A stretch of 57,755 bases of DNA, filler included, from Diploschistes diacapsis (GCA_023645945.1; 4 parts of 4 records of this genome joined end to end with filler, not necessarily neighbours in it); one strand, 5' to 3'. Shown: positions 39,625-52,021, counted from the whole stretch's first letter. Notes: generated by a model not told the origin, from the letters alone. Program-made: numbers and translations.

Positions 39625-40374
39625 CGTTGGGCAACCGCAAAAGCATTCTCGATTGTTCGTAGTTGTCAATAAATTGAGGATCAGATATCATCTATACTTA
39701 TCGTAGGGGGTTCCATGGGGGGACGTGTAGAAGCGCGTATTTGCGTCACGTGAAAGGCTTGGCATAATAGCGCCTTCTTATGTGTTTGACAACTCCGCAA
39801 AGTTGCGTATAGAAAGAATTATTTCTTATCTAATTTTTAGTCCCTTGCTCCGCTCAAGGAATTAGAAAATCAGCAAGTAGATACTGTGGTAAAGTGCTCA
39901 GAGCAACGTGCTGCGTTGAGCTGCGTGAGGTATTGAGAGGTTTGGAGCGTGTGACCTGCGGGTCTGAGTATAGTAAGCCAGCTCACTTAAATAGTAGTTA
40001 AATGTCGAATGAGGTTTACCCTCTCCAACACGAAGCTATCAGCTTCTGAAAATGCTAGCCTAGTTACCTGCTTTATAGGAACAAGCACTAAGGGATGAAC
40101 TGATAAACGTTCAGACATGCGAAAGGTGTCTCTAGCGAAAGGAAGCAACGATAGATCATCACAAGCGCCAAATGTTTCATAGTGTGCTCTGGTCTCTAAT
40201 GTGGCCTAGTAAGATTAACTGGATTCTATCTTTCCATCTTCTAGTCCAAATCCAATGACATGAAAAGGGCCGCAACCCGCATGTTCAACGCAGAATCGGT
40301 TGTAAGATGTCACAACGAGTAAATGCATCTTAAATGACCGCAAGTTCGCTGCTGGAGCCGCCAGCTACCGTTGT

Positions 40375-41246
40375 CTACTCTTCCGTCGACTGGGCCCAAC
40401 GACAGAGTAGCCCCGACAACCTTTTTGCCATTGGCGGAGGGTCTTTCCGAGGCTGGCTATCACCCCAGCACACGCCGTCAGTAGCCAAGCTTCCTCTTAG
40501 CGAGCTCATGCTGCAACTCGTGTACTCCAGAGTCTCCGCGATCGTGCCGTAATTTAGGCCAATGCGAACAGCTTCGAACGGAACACCGGATTCGGTTGTT
40601 GTTCGCGCCGTCAAACCATCGTCGTGAGTTTCCAGCTCTTCAGGTTCTAACCGGTCGGGGTCCAGGAGTTCGACAATTAGAACACTCGCATCCTTAGCCG
40701 TACGTGCATCAATGACGAAGAAAAACTTGTCGCTGATGAGTTCACTGTAAGCATGCTCGACGTAAAAATTTGATCGGACAAAATCGACGAAATCCGCTGT
40801 TCTTGCGTTACGAAAATGCTCTTCGTCCGTTCCTAATTTGTCGACATCTTCCAGGCCGGAGACCGGAGGCTCAGTGCCGCTGAGAAACGGGCCCATTGCG
40901 ACTTGTCTTGCAAGCTGTTTTGGCGCTGACGAGCGAGAACGGATTATCTCGAAGGCGTAGACCGAGCTATACCGTCGGCCTTCGCTTCGGCGTTCGAGGA
41001 GGGGCACTGCGTTAGCTGAGAGGAACGCATCCAAAATCTACCGCTCGAGTCAGGGCCGTGGGATATATAATATGGGTAACGGAGCAAATCATCCTTACTG
41101 GGAGAGGGGTAGGAGCTGTCACAAAGACAGGCCATACGCAATAGGGACCTTCGAAGCCGTCTTCGTAAACGCTATCAGGGGGCCACGGTGCTGACCGACG
41201 AGTACAGCCCTTCCTTGTGGTCTTCACAAGAGCTATCAGGGGCCAT
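40375..41246 (-). pseudogene. Fungal hypothetical protein gene with a 1-nt frameshift in exon 1 (pseudogene or sequencing error)
   Basis: ATG at 41246. An extra base in the G5 run at 41178-41182 creates TGA. The downstream frame WPVFVTAPTPLP splices (GTAAGG 41098 to TAG 41038) into the 219-aa ORF ending at 40375. Confidence 0.6.
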
Positions 41247-43331
41247 GGTGCTGAAGACTAGTTGGGTGAACGAGTACAACCTTCTCTTGTGTTGTAAGAG
41301 GAAGAAGAAGAAGAAAAGAGAGACAGGACAGACGGGGCAGATAACCAAGCCAACCTCTTGTGGAGAACAGCACAACGAACGAAATAAAGAACAGCGGCAA
41401 AGTGAATCCACAGTAGTAGTTGAATGACTGGTCGTGCCAAAGCTTTGATACGGACTGTAAGGACTTTCTGATCGATGACTTAAAACAAACTTACTGTGTG
41501 GGTGCCTAGTTGCGGATAGGAAGTCATACTGTTGATTAAAAAATCAAGGTTTTCCTTGTAACTCCAACAGCGCGCTTAATCTAGATACATGAAGCCTTTG
41601 TTTGTTGTAATGGGATGACCTCTGTTACGTCAAACTCTAGTTATGAATAGTCTACTACCTAGCATTATTGTTCTAGTACTAGAACCCTAACAGACCGTTT
41701 ATGATGCTGTCACAGGCCTATAATTTTTTGCACCATCCAGTCACTTCTCTGTCTTCTCGTAGATCAGTTTACCCTCGTTCTTGCAAATACCCATATTGTT
41801 TTTGTCGTAGGCATCACACGCCTCGATGTCCCTAATCCCTTAGAGTTAAAAGCAGATACAGACTCCAAAATCTTGGCACTTGAACAGCATGAGAGGTGTC
41901 AAGGGCCCGTTGAGCGGTATGCTAGAACATCGATAGAGCCACTCTACAATGCTAATTCGTCCCACTAGAATATAAGTAAAATAAACAACTTACCCCCAGC
42001 TTATGAACTTTATGCCGAACGGCGTTCTATCCTTCACCCCAGTCCGGCCGTTTTAGGCATACAGCCTCCTTGAGCTGTAATCACATTAGACCAAAACGAG
42101 GAATCTCGCGACTATACTATCGTTCAGGTAAGGGGGTGTTCATTGTCCAGCTTCATAGACAATTCCCTTTCGTACTTAGAGATCACTGCCTGAAACAAAG
42201 AGAGAGACACACCATCTTGTTTTTACAGTCCGCCTTTCCGAGCCAAGGGTTGGTATCAGTCCACTCAGGATCCTTTTTACCACCGGAAGGTCTATCATAA
42301 GGTCCCCTACCAGCGGAGCCTACAGGACGACCCCATCGTTCGAGTGGTAGCATACCGATTGAAGAGGTATTAGTTGGAAGCCGATGACTGACTGCACAGA
42401 GGAGAGAAGGAGCACCCAAAATAGGACGAAAGACGACATGGTGAAAGCTCTTAGTCCCAGAGCTCTTGATGTGATCATAGTATCGATTATCTACAGAAGA
42501 CGTCTTGTTGATCACTCAATCTATGACGAGTATATCTGGATGGCAAGAAATACACAAGAGATTCGAGGAGGATCCGATTCTTATAGGCCAAAATTCTCGT
42601 GTGCAGAACTGACAGCTTTTGGAACCAAGAAGCTCTGCTCATATTTATTCATAGATGCGCTCAATATTGAGAGGCCTGGGTGGTTGTGCTCGATTTGTTT
42701 TAAGGGTAAGCACCGCCTCAAGCAGCGAATGGAGCCATCCTGAGTTATCTTTACCCAGTGGAATGCAAGCACGTTCGTCAAACCAGCTTACATTTTTTGG
42801 CTCCTCTTCTCATTGTGTTCTTCACCTCACTTTACCTGCTTGTGCTAGCTACACAATGCAAACTCATAATCCTGTTCTGCTGCGTTGTATATTACTCAAC
42901 AACTATCAAATTACTCGATTAGCGCCATGGGCTTAATCCTCCATGTGTGTTCGTTTAGGCTCCTGATCCTCGAATTCCTGTTACAGCACTTCGGCATGCC
43001 GTCCGTCTCCTTGTTGCTAACACCCCCCCCCAAACATCCCAACTTTCAATTTCAAAATGCAGTTCCCAACCCCCAACGCCTCCTAACCCTCGCTGCCCTT
43101 CGCCCTAGCCGCCGACATCGACGCCCCTCTCCCTCGTGGCCCCGCGCGCGCGACGCAAACCACGTCAGCCAAGTGCCTTTAGCGCCTGCCGCAAAGCCGT
43201 GCGAGCAGGACTACTGCGCGAACTGCTTTTCGCGGGCCAACCCGGTCGGCGGAGGGGCTTGTGCATTCTCAGCTGCCATTGCTCGGCCAAGCAGACGGGC
43301 GGGTGCTAGGTCGGGGATGGGTGGAGGAGGT

Positions 43332-43431
43332 NNNNNNNNNNNNNNNNNNNNNNNNNNNNNNNNNNNNNNNNNNNNTTAATTAATTAANNNNNNNNNNNNN
43401 NNNNNNNNNNNNNNNNNNNNNNNNNNNNNNN
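43332..43431. other. Artificial contig spacer
   Basis: N44-TTAATTAATTAA-N44. Confidence 0.98.
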
Positions 43432-43691
43432 GATGGAGGGAGCGAGCATGTTGGGGGGGCTGCCAATCTGCCTGTTCATTGTATCGGAGAGCCAGATTGA
43501 TTACCTACGTAAAACATGTTTATTACTCGGTATTTTTTGTTTGCAACACCAGGATGGTATACTTTGTACGGCTCTATATCCAAGCGTGTGCTTTATCTTA
43601 CATGGCGGTTCGATCTATCCAAACACATACCTGTGTCTCTGATATTACCCCATGTGGCATGAACGATAGCCTACTCGCTACCGTTTCCCCC

Positions 43692-44471
43692 TTAAGCCTG
43701 CACCAACTGCGCAAGCAGCCCGTCCTGCGTATACATATACTCGATGATCTCAATATCCTCGTAGTTTGAGCTCAGCGTCCACGCCTGGAAGGTCGGGCCC
43801 GACGGCTCCTGTCCCGGACCGGCGTTGATCGGGTTCAGGTCCACTTCGCCATAGCTCTCGAGCGTCTGGTAGCCCATGGAGTACTGCACCTGCTGATCCG
43901 TCTCGAAGAGCTGGTATGGCGTCGTCGCCGAGGCATTGCACGGCTTAAACCCCATCTGCGTGCGGGCCGCCTCGTAGTTCAACGTCGTGAGGCAATGGCC
44001 GGTGCTGGGGTTGATGAGCCAGACGTAGTTGGTGTATTGGTCTAAGTTTTATGAATTTGTGCATTCCCAGTCCAAAAACAGATAAACTTACGGTAGCAGC
44101 CGGCGTCGCTGCAGGAGGATTGCTCGTACGGAGAGAGACCAAGGGAAGTGCTGTTGCAGTATTTGATATGGAAGACGGCACCCGTACTGGTGTTGTGGTT
44201 GGAGAGCTCCCAGGGGTTTCCGACGCTGGCGTTGGCGTTGAGTGTGGGAGCAGAGTAGCCGTTCTACTGAAATGGTTAGTTGTGAGGGTACCGCGCAACC
44301 CTGCCAGGCAGATGAGAGGATTGTTGAGTTGGAGGGTCTTACAAAAGCGTAGAAGAAGGCTTTGACATTGTTGCTTTTGAAGCCTTTGGGCACCAGGTTG
44401 GCGCAAGTGAGGTCTGCAACAGTGCCGGAAGCGGCGAGGAGAACAGCGAGGGCGGCAGAAAGCTTAACCAT
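43692..44471 (-). CDS. Small secreted Cys-containing protein, about 216 aa, possible ricin-B/beta-trefoil-like fold; 3 exons
   Basis: Signal peptide MVKLSAALAVLLAASGTVA. Exons 44471-44343, 44263-44092 and 44041-43692 are in frame (651 nt). Motif LINPSTGHCLT..KPCN..YQLF. Confidence 0.8.
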
Positions 44472-45328
44472 AACTGCAGGCCGAAGATGGCACTCTCAGG
44501 AGCGACAGTAGAACTTTGAAAGTCAGGTTGAGCTGTGCATATACGGCAGCAGGAGCCGCAGTTAGGTAAAGCAATTGAGTTTATACAGTGCTCCCGTATC
44601 CCCGGCTCCACGTTTAGAATCCCAGGCACAAGAAAAGCGCCCCCAAAAGCCTGGTGTTCAAGCTGTAGGACGGTACTAGGATACATGAGGTTTAACATGG
44701 TGGCTGTTTTTATACAAGGCTGGGCCTGCAAGCCCGAGGGCAGCTCAATCTCGAACCGAGGCCATTATTTGTAGAGAAGCCGGTCATTATTGCGAACTGC
44801 TCTGCTTGCTTGGTATGATGTTCATGATCTTGATGCTATGCTTCCTCAAGTCACAGTCGGATCTTGTGGCAGTCAGCTAGTGCACAAAGCACCTTGTCCT
44901 TTTTTACTCTGGACGGGAAGTGCAGATGCACGCTAAGCTGGCACGTTCAACAACAACAACACCACGACGGTTCGGTAGCGGCCACATCTGCAAGGGCACA
45001 CAAGCCTAGAAAACCTTCCCTTCAGGGCAACCGAAAACAGCTCGCTAGTGCCAATTGTTGCTCATGGCAGGCTTTTGTAGCCTCCCCTGTAGGAACTAGC
45101 AGAGGTGGTCAGTTGCAATAACGCTATACACACAAACACATACCTGACTACATATAAGAGGTACAGAAGTAGTATCAAATGCGCTAACTGTAGCTAACGT
45201 CATCCCTGGTAACTGGTCGCACCATGCTCGATAGTGCTTTCCCGGTATGATCTTTGCCGACGACCTACATGTATCTTCAAATGCTTCTCAATATGAGATA
45301 GAGAGCAGCTTAGCGCAGTATCAATAGT

Positions 45329-47359
45329 ATGGCTACACGGGGCAGTCCCGCCAAAGGCCAGGCACCAACTCTTCGCTTTCCCGGTATTGTTACCAATGCA
45401 CACGCCTTTGCTGCCCTTCTCGTGCTCCTTGTAGCTATCTGGGATTGGGCTTACACGTGGCTCATCTCAGGAGCTCCCATCCTAACATACTCATTGCTGC
45501 TGGGAGAAGCGAATGGAAATCGAATACTACCCATGGTCCCGTTATGGGTTTTCCTCCTTTCTATTCATGGCACGTATGCTGTGGCCGCGACATCGTGGCT
45601 ACTCTACTGGTTCTTCCTCTTCGGATGCTACCCGCTCATATACATATCATGCATCTTTCAGTTCGACATAGTTTCGAATGTCGTGAGGAAGGGTTTGAGG
45701 TATACATTGGGCCAGCTTGACTTCATCCATGACAAGATCGCGATATTCGACCTTCCAGCGCTCGAGATTGACACAGAAGTGGATGGACTCTTCGTGATAA
45801 GAGGCCTGACAGTATCACTTTCGTCGCTCACCATTATTGCGCATGGAGTCGAGGTCGGGATCAAACTCTCCGACGATATGGAACTTGCCCTTCTTTGCGA
45901 CAAAGCCGTCGTTTCTTTATTTCGAAGGATCGACGTTGGTGATGTTTATGCGAACATCAAGGGCGGCGAGTATGAGATGACCTTCGGCAGCGTGATGCGG
46001 GATACCCGCAAAGCGAGCGGCGCTTCTTTCATGATGGAGGATTCGCCCTTGCTCAGAAGAGCAACAGCCACGGGTCTTACTCCCTCGCCCAAGAAAGTAA
46101 CAATGGCTGCAAGAATGACGAATGGCGATGCACCAGCGGATATTCCCGCACAAGATGGGCTTGAAGCTGCCAATGCCTTCGACCTGGCTGACAAAAAGGC
46201 CGTAGATAAGTACGAGGAGACTCTTGAATGGATAGTAGAAACGAGCTTGATCCACCAGGGCAGAAAGACCATGATGCATGCCATCAACTCTAGGCCAACG
46301 AATGGTGGGAGAATCTTTGACCCTACCAATGAGAGGGATATGAGGGCTGCAGTCTGCTCGTACCTGCATGACGACTCCCCGTCGATCCCCCATCCACCAC
46401 AGCGCAGTATCCGCGTGACCACGCTCCAGAACCTAAGCTCGCCGCGTGTGCGAGACTTTTTGCACCGACTGCCAATGCTTCTTCGCCTCATGTTGAACAT
46501 CCTTAGCTACTTCCACCCGGTCAACATCGCCTCCATTACGGCGGGCGCGTCCGGAAGGTGGATACAGACAATGCTCAAGGAGCATGTCTTCCAGCACTAT
46601 GGAAGTCAGGACAGCGAAGTTAGACGCCTTGAGCAAAAGGTGCTGGCATGGTTGGCGGACGCAGATTTCGTCCTAGAACTCGAAAAGTTCTCTGGCACAT
46701 CGCAGGTCCCGTTCCTTGCAAATTATAACATCAAGTGCAACATGGCCATTGAGGATGTGATGGTATATCGTGCGTTGCCCAACGATATGTTTTTGAAACA
46801 AGCAGTCAGGTTTGCGGGAGCCGACGCTTCCATAACCATACCGTCTTTCCTGCTCCCCCATCACGAGCATTTGTTCCCTCCAATGGCTACTTCCAGTGAT
46901 ATCAAAGCGCAAGAGGACAAGATCAAAAAGGCTGATGGGAAAGTCAAAGCGATACAAGCACAATTTGAGCTGGACCAAATACAAGGCGACGAGGCAAACA
47001 TAAATATGAGCGTGCACGCGCGACTGCCCGCTTGCCTAGACCAGGAGCTTCTGGACTTCGTTGCTGCGCTGGTCAAGGCGACCAAGATCATCGAGAAGGA
47101 GAAAGACCCTGGCCCGATGGAACAGGAGGTTAGGGGCATCAAAGATTTTACAAAAGCCATGAACAAGGGATTCAAGGACAGCGTTAAACGGGTTGCAGTG
47201 GACGCGGTTACCAATGACAAGTGGATAGCTAAGATGGTTGGCAAAGTCTCCAAGAACCTCGAGTCCTTGAGAGGAGATGTGGGATATTCTGGCGATCTGC
47301 CAGTACCAATGGCGCCGTACAGGGCTGCAGCAGAGAAGCTCACAAAGCTGTTGCCCTAA
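45329..47359 (+). CDS. Membrane-anchored protein of unknown function, 676 aa
   Basis: Long intronless ORF with about 3 N-terminal hydrophobic segments followed by a beta-rich soluble region. Confidence 0.85.
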   Translation: MATRGSPAKGQAPTLRFPGIVTNAHAFAALLVLLVAIWDWAYTWLISGAPILTYSLLLGEANGNRILPMVPLWVFLLSIHGTYAVAATSWLLYWFFLFGCYPLIYISCIFQFDIVSNVVRKGLRYTLGQLDFIHDKIAIFDLPALEIDTEVDGLFVIRGLTVSLSSLTIIAHGVEVGIKLSDDMELALLCDKAVVSLFRRIDVGDVYANIKGGEYEMTFGSVMRDTRKASGASFMMEDSPLLRRATATGLTPSPKKVTMAARMTNGDAPADIPAQDGLEAANAFDLADKKAVDKYEETLEWIVETSLIHQGRKTMMHAINSRPTNGGRIFDPTNERDMRAAVCSYLHDDSPSIPHPPQRSIRVTTLQNLSSPRVRDFLHRLPMLLRLMLNILSYFHPVNIASITAGASGRWIQTMLKEHVFQHYGSQDSEVRRLEQKVLAWLADADFVLELEKFSGTSQVPFLANYNIKCNMAIEDVMVYRALPNDMFLKQAVRFAGADASITIPSFLLPHHEHLFPPMATSSDIKAQEDKIKKADGKVKAIQAQFELDQIQGDEANINMSVHARLPACLDQELLDFVAALVKATKIIEKEKDPGPMEQEVRGIKDFTKAMNKGFKDSVKRVAVDAVTNDKWIAKMVGKVSKNLESLRGDVGYSGDLPVPMAPYRAAAEKLTKLLP

Positions 47360-48271
47360 CCTACCTGCATGCATGCATGCATGTACGTACAGGTGTTCCT
47401 CGAAAGGTCGCACATAACAGTTGTTCGGATGGTCACCTGTAGTTGGTCCGCAACTTCAGAAGTCTGAAGGAAGAGAGATGTGATGTCTTGCAACAGATAC
47501 CCCGGCTAGGAGGGAAAGGGTTGGAGTAGCTTGACTCGTGAATCAGGGCATGACACCTAGAAATCTTTTTAAAAACTTGTTTCCCAAGTACCTCGTGTGG
47601 CCACGCAAGCATGTACGTGAGTTAACGATCATCTTGTACCCCAGTCCCTCGGTCCATACATTTTGCCACTGGCGACTTATTGCGCAAAGCAGCTATTCTA
47701 AGAACTCACAAGAGTAATCTGTAAAGCCCTTCCGGAACATGTACGATGTGCTTCTTGTAAAGCGATCGAATTATGGCTCAGCCTCAATCACTCCGGAGAA
47801 GGGGTCGCAATTCGCGATACAGGATGAAGCGCAGAAGCGCAACTCTTCGCTCGTTGGATCCTATATTTCTTACCCATGTCCCAACTGTCATTATTTGAGT
47901 TCTGTAAACCCCATTAGGTAGTATGGTGACGATCCTCCATGCAAAGGCAAAACAAAAGCAATAGGCTGGCAAAGGGCTGGTTACCCACTTCGCACCAACA
48001 GATGGGTTCGCGTCGTACAATCCTTTACAGCCTTCAAGAGTTTACAGAAAAATGTACTAATTCGCCGAGTATCCTCTCAGGACCTGTTTACTGTAATTGT
48101 TGCCTTTTGTTTCTTTCGCACGTTTCAGTACGGGATGCTCCGGCCAGCATCTATGCATCACACATTTTGTTTCTACCTTTGTAGTGTGAACATTCTTTAT
48201 ACCCCCTTTTCCAGTGTGTTCCGTTCCACATTCAGATTGACTGTTAGCTGTAAGAAGCAGAATTTACGATA

Positions 48272-50080
48272 ATGAAGTACACGGTAGGCTTCCAGGAAGC
48301 CGTCATATCCAATGTCTGATCCTTGTTAGACACTCGGCGCATTTTTCTTTTCATTTTCTTCTCTTTCCACAGCAAGTCCTGTTTTCCAAAATAAGGGGCA
48401 AACACAATATGCGCGAAAATCGGGTGAGGACGCCAGCGGCGTCGATCATTATCCTGTGCACATCAGCCTTGCTACGCCGGACCAGGTCCCCCATACCACT
48501 TTTGGCTTCCCCCTAGGAGACAGCCAGCCTGTCGCCGTTCGAGATGACCATGTGCAGCACCCTTTTTCAGGGCTCGAGCTTCTTAGGCGGGAGAACGTCG
48601 CCCGTATGCTTGCAGGCCGGGGCTTTGACGAGGCTGCTATCATCAAACGTGCTGCAGCTCAAGAAGCATTGAAGTTGGTCGCTCGCGCCAAAGCTAAAGC
48701 CTCTTCGCCGGTGGCACCGAAGGCGATTGCGGCCCGGGCCAAGAAGGGCGACAAGAAGGCTGCCGCGAACACAGGGTCCCCGAGTAATAAATCCATAGGC
48801 AGCAGGTCTACCACTCAGCAGGATGAACCAAAGGAAACGAAGCAACAAAAGGCCCAGGCCAAAGAAGAGGAGAAAGCCGAAAAGAGCAAAGAAAAGCAGG
48901 AACAGAAGCAAGAAAAGGCTCAAAAGAAGGAAGAGAAGAAGGAAGAGAAAGCCGAGGCCAAGGCGGAGAAGAAGGAAAAGAAAGAAAAGAAGCAGGTGGC
49001 CGGTACGCAGAAATTCACTGTTGTTCGCTCCCCACTCCCAAGAAGAACTAACACGGACAGACAACCTCAACAGCGAGAGAAAGAACCAAGACAAATCCAT
49101 GAAGAAGGCCGAGGACAACCTGAAGAAGATTACGAGCGGAGACGAGAAGAAGGTTGCCAAGCAGAAGAAGATGGAACTAAAGGCAGTGGACAAACAGGAC
49201 AAGAAAATCGCAAAGGACCAAGCCGAGCTGAAAAATGACAACAAAGGGAGTAAGTCCTACAACAAGGCAGAGAAAGGTCTCCAAAAAGCCCAACAAGGCC
49301 TAGCAAAGGACAAGGCCAACAGCCAGAACGCCATGAACAAGATCCAGGCCGGCAAGGAGAAGGCTCTTGAGAAAAACCAGAAGGACCTGGACAAGGGCAT
49401 GAAGAAGGCACATGACGGACAGTTCAACAAGGAAGGCGTGGCCAAGGATCACCCATCAGGCAAGACATTCCCTTTCCCTCCTTCCAGCGCTTCGTCATCG
49501 AGCTGACTTGTTTCTCCCCTTTTCAGCCGCCAAAAAGGTCCTTAAAGTGTTCGAAAACATTGGCATGGCCATCACGGACATCATCCCCGGTATGGAGGAA
49601 ATCGGCATCGCGGCGGAAGCCGTGAAGGTGGGCGAGGTGATCGCCAACGGCGTCAAGGCCGGCGCCAAGGTGGCGGCCAAGAAGGGCGTCAAGAAGGGGG
49701 CCAAGACGGCCAAGAAGCAGTACGACAACTCGCAGAGCAATAACCAGCAGCAGCAAGCGACGCCGCCCCCACCACCGAACTACAAGCAGGAGACGCAGCA
49801 GCAGACGCAGGCGGCAACGAACCACCAGAACCAGGACGAGCAGGCGTATGGGCAGATGGCACTCGCGGCGAATGGGGGCCAGCCGATTCCGACGGGGAAG
49901 CCGAGGAAGAGGAGCGCGGAGGCGGGGACGGAGGCAGACGAAGATTTAGGGTTTGAGCTGGAGGGGAGGGGTTGGGAGTTGGAGGAGGGGGATTGGAAGT
50001 TGGTGGAGAGGGACGTCATGAAGGTATTGGAGAGGAGGTGGTGGGGAAATTTTGTGCCGGCTATGGTCGGAAGCTGGTAA
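48272..50080 (+). CDS. Secreted Lys/Glu-rich coiled-coil protein with Kex2-type sites, about 545 aa; 4 exons
   Basis: A 12-nt first exon (MKYT) plus exon 2 gives the signal peptide MKYTTLGAFFFSFSSLSTA. Exons 48272-48283, 48330-49002, 49061-49459 and 49527-50080 total 1638 nt in frame. The third intron is GC-AG. Confidence 0.8.
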
Positions 50081-51986
50081 GCGATCTCAATTTCTTATTC
50101 TTTCCGTCTTCTTTTTTTCTCTCTTAAATGTTTTGTAATTTTATGTATTTACGAGGTATGTTTCTGGATAGATACCCCTTGCTTTTCTTCATCTTAGGAC
50201 AAGTCATGAGAATATCCCGGAAGCAATAGATTCTCTCCTCTACCATTAACTGTTACTCTCCACTTCTCACCCAACCCGGCATTCATTCCTTCCGCTCTGT
50301 ACTCGACCGACAGCGATCGAGGCACCCGACCGGAACAGTCTCGCTACAAACCCCATCAGGACCAGCATCGAGCGTCCAGATCCTGGCCGCCACAATGGAA
50401 GTAAAAGCAAGCATCAAGCCCTGTTACCCGTCATTGATATGTCCGTCCACGGTGCAATCACCCGCCCGCCATCTCCCGTAGAATTGCAGTGCAGCGCAGT
50501 GCAGCGCCAGGCTTGCTGCTGCAAGAATGACATGCTACCGCTATCCCCTTATCTTCACATTGCTTTTTACGCTCGTTACTGCAACAGGGGCATGACGAGA
50601 AGGATGATCTACAGGGGGAGGGAAGGGGGGGGGGAGCCGAGCAGGCGTTGAGCAAGGCGTGGTTCCGGTGTAACTGTGGGCCTGTGTCGTATATGTGTAC
50701 GTGACCTACCTACCACTTACTATAGCCAGACCTTGGCCGCGCGCGACGAGATGGCCAGGGTGGAAACGTTCTTAGTGGTTAGCACCTACCATGCGCCTAA
50801 TCATTAGGGTGAATTGATATTATACTGCAGGCCCTTCCAATAGCACACGCCCCCTCCCCCCTCTCCACCCACCGCTACTACTGCACTTCTCGCTATGTTA
50901 TGTTACTTTTATTGTGGGTATGCATCATATCCCGGAAGCCCGGGCAACGGTTTCGCACGTCACAGGCATGTGACGCGGTCTCTTCGAGCACAACCCTTTG
51001 CCGATCATCACGAAAGGGTAGATCGTTATGATGAGGTAGCCCGTAGATCGGCCGTGTTTTCCCGCAGCGTGTTCCGTAATGGGCGTGGTGACACGGACAG
51101 CCATTTATATACGTGGCATGTGTAGCGAATAAGGATTGCAAAACAATCTTCTACTGTGGGCAGGGGCCGCCACCACTTCCTCCATCTTTTTTTATCGTCC
51201 CACCAAGGCTTTGTCTACGAGCTACAGTTTTACAGCATGGCGGGGTTTTTCTGCGCTCTCCACTCAAAAAAGCATGGGCCGCATAGGCATATACACACAC
51301 ACCAGTGCCTTGGCTGGGGCTTTGGAGGCTTTTTCGAGTGCTAAGGTGTCGGAGTGCTGGGGCGAAAAGGGCTTTGTTCGTAGTACGACGTGAAGGGGAT
51401 GGGGCGGAAATACTTGTATGGGGTCACGGGGTGTCTGTGGCTTCTGTAAGCACAGGACCAGCAAAATCATACGCTCTTCGCTTCTGAGCCCAAGGGTCAT
51501 GCCCACTAGCCCCTCCGTATACGTATGAGTAACCGGTCGACCACCGCTCCAATTCCGCACTCTTGAGGGTAGAAAGGGTAAAGGAACATGATACCAGGCG
51601 TCAGCAAGGATCGTCTGTACGCATCCGTCTCCCTATCCAACGTTTCGCGAGAGCGCACCAGCCTCAAGGCCAGCCCAGTCCAGGCAAACGCATGGCCGTT
51701 TTTCACCTTTGCACGGTTTTCTGTTGTCGGGATCATGCAGCAGCCAACGGGAAGGGCGGAAATGCAGAGTTCTCTCGTGCAACCTCTGCGGGACTTTTGT
51801 GCCACTGCGAAAGAGGATGTTTAGAGGTTTCAGGAGGCCGCGTCGTTGCACGATGGTACAGCACAGGGTCGGGGGCAGAGTTCATGGGCTGGTTGTAGGA
51901 GAGCTGGAGGTGGTGCCGTGATTCCGCAGATGATGCTTTTTTGGGGATGCTGATTTACAGCTGAGGAAAGTAAATGAAAGTAGTCA

Positions 51987-52021
51987 GTGGCTGGTGGCTA
52001 GTGGCTAGTGGCTGGTGGCTG
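51987..52021. repeat. 7-bp tandem repeat GTGGCT(G/A) x5 upstream of veA
   Basis: Direct reading. Confidence 0.9.

Noticed and set aside
41740..42400. Possible minus-strand multi-exon gene relic
   Set aside because: Some splice-like signals and protein-like fragments, but no consistent frame could be built.
48567..49244. Hydrophobic F/L/S-rich 225-aa minus-strand ORF
   Set aside because: Reverse complement of Lys/Glu codons in the real gene.
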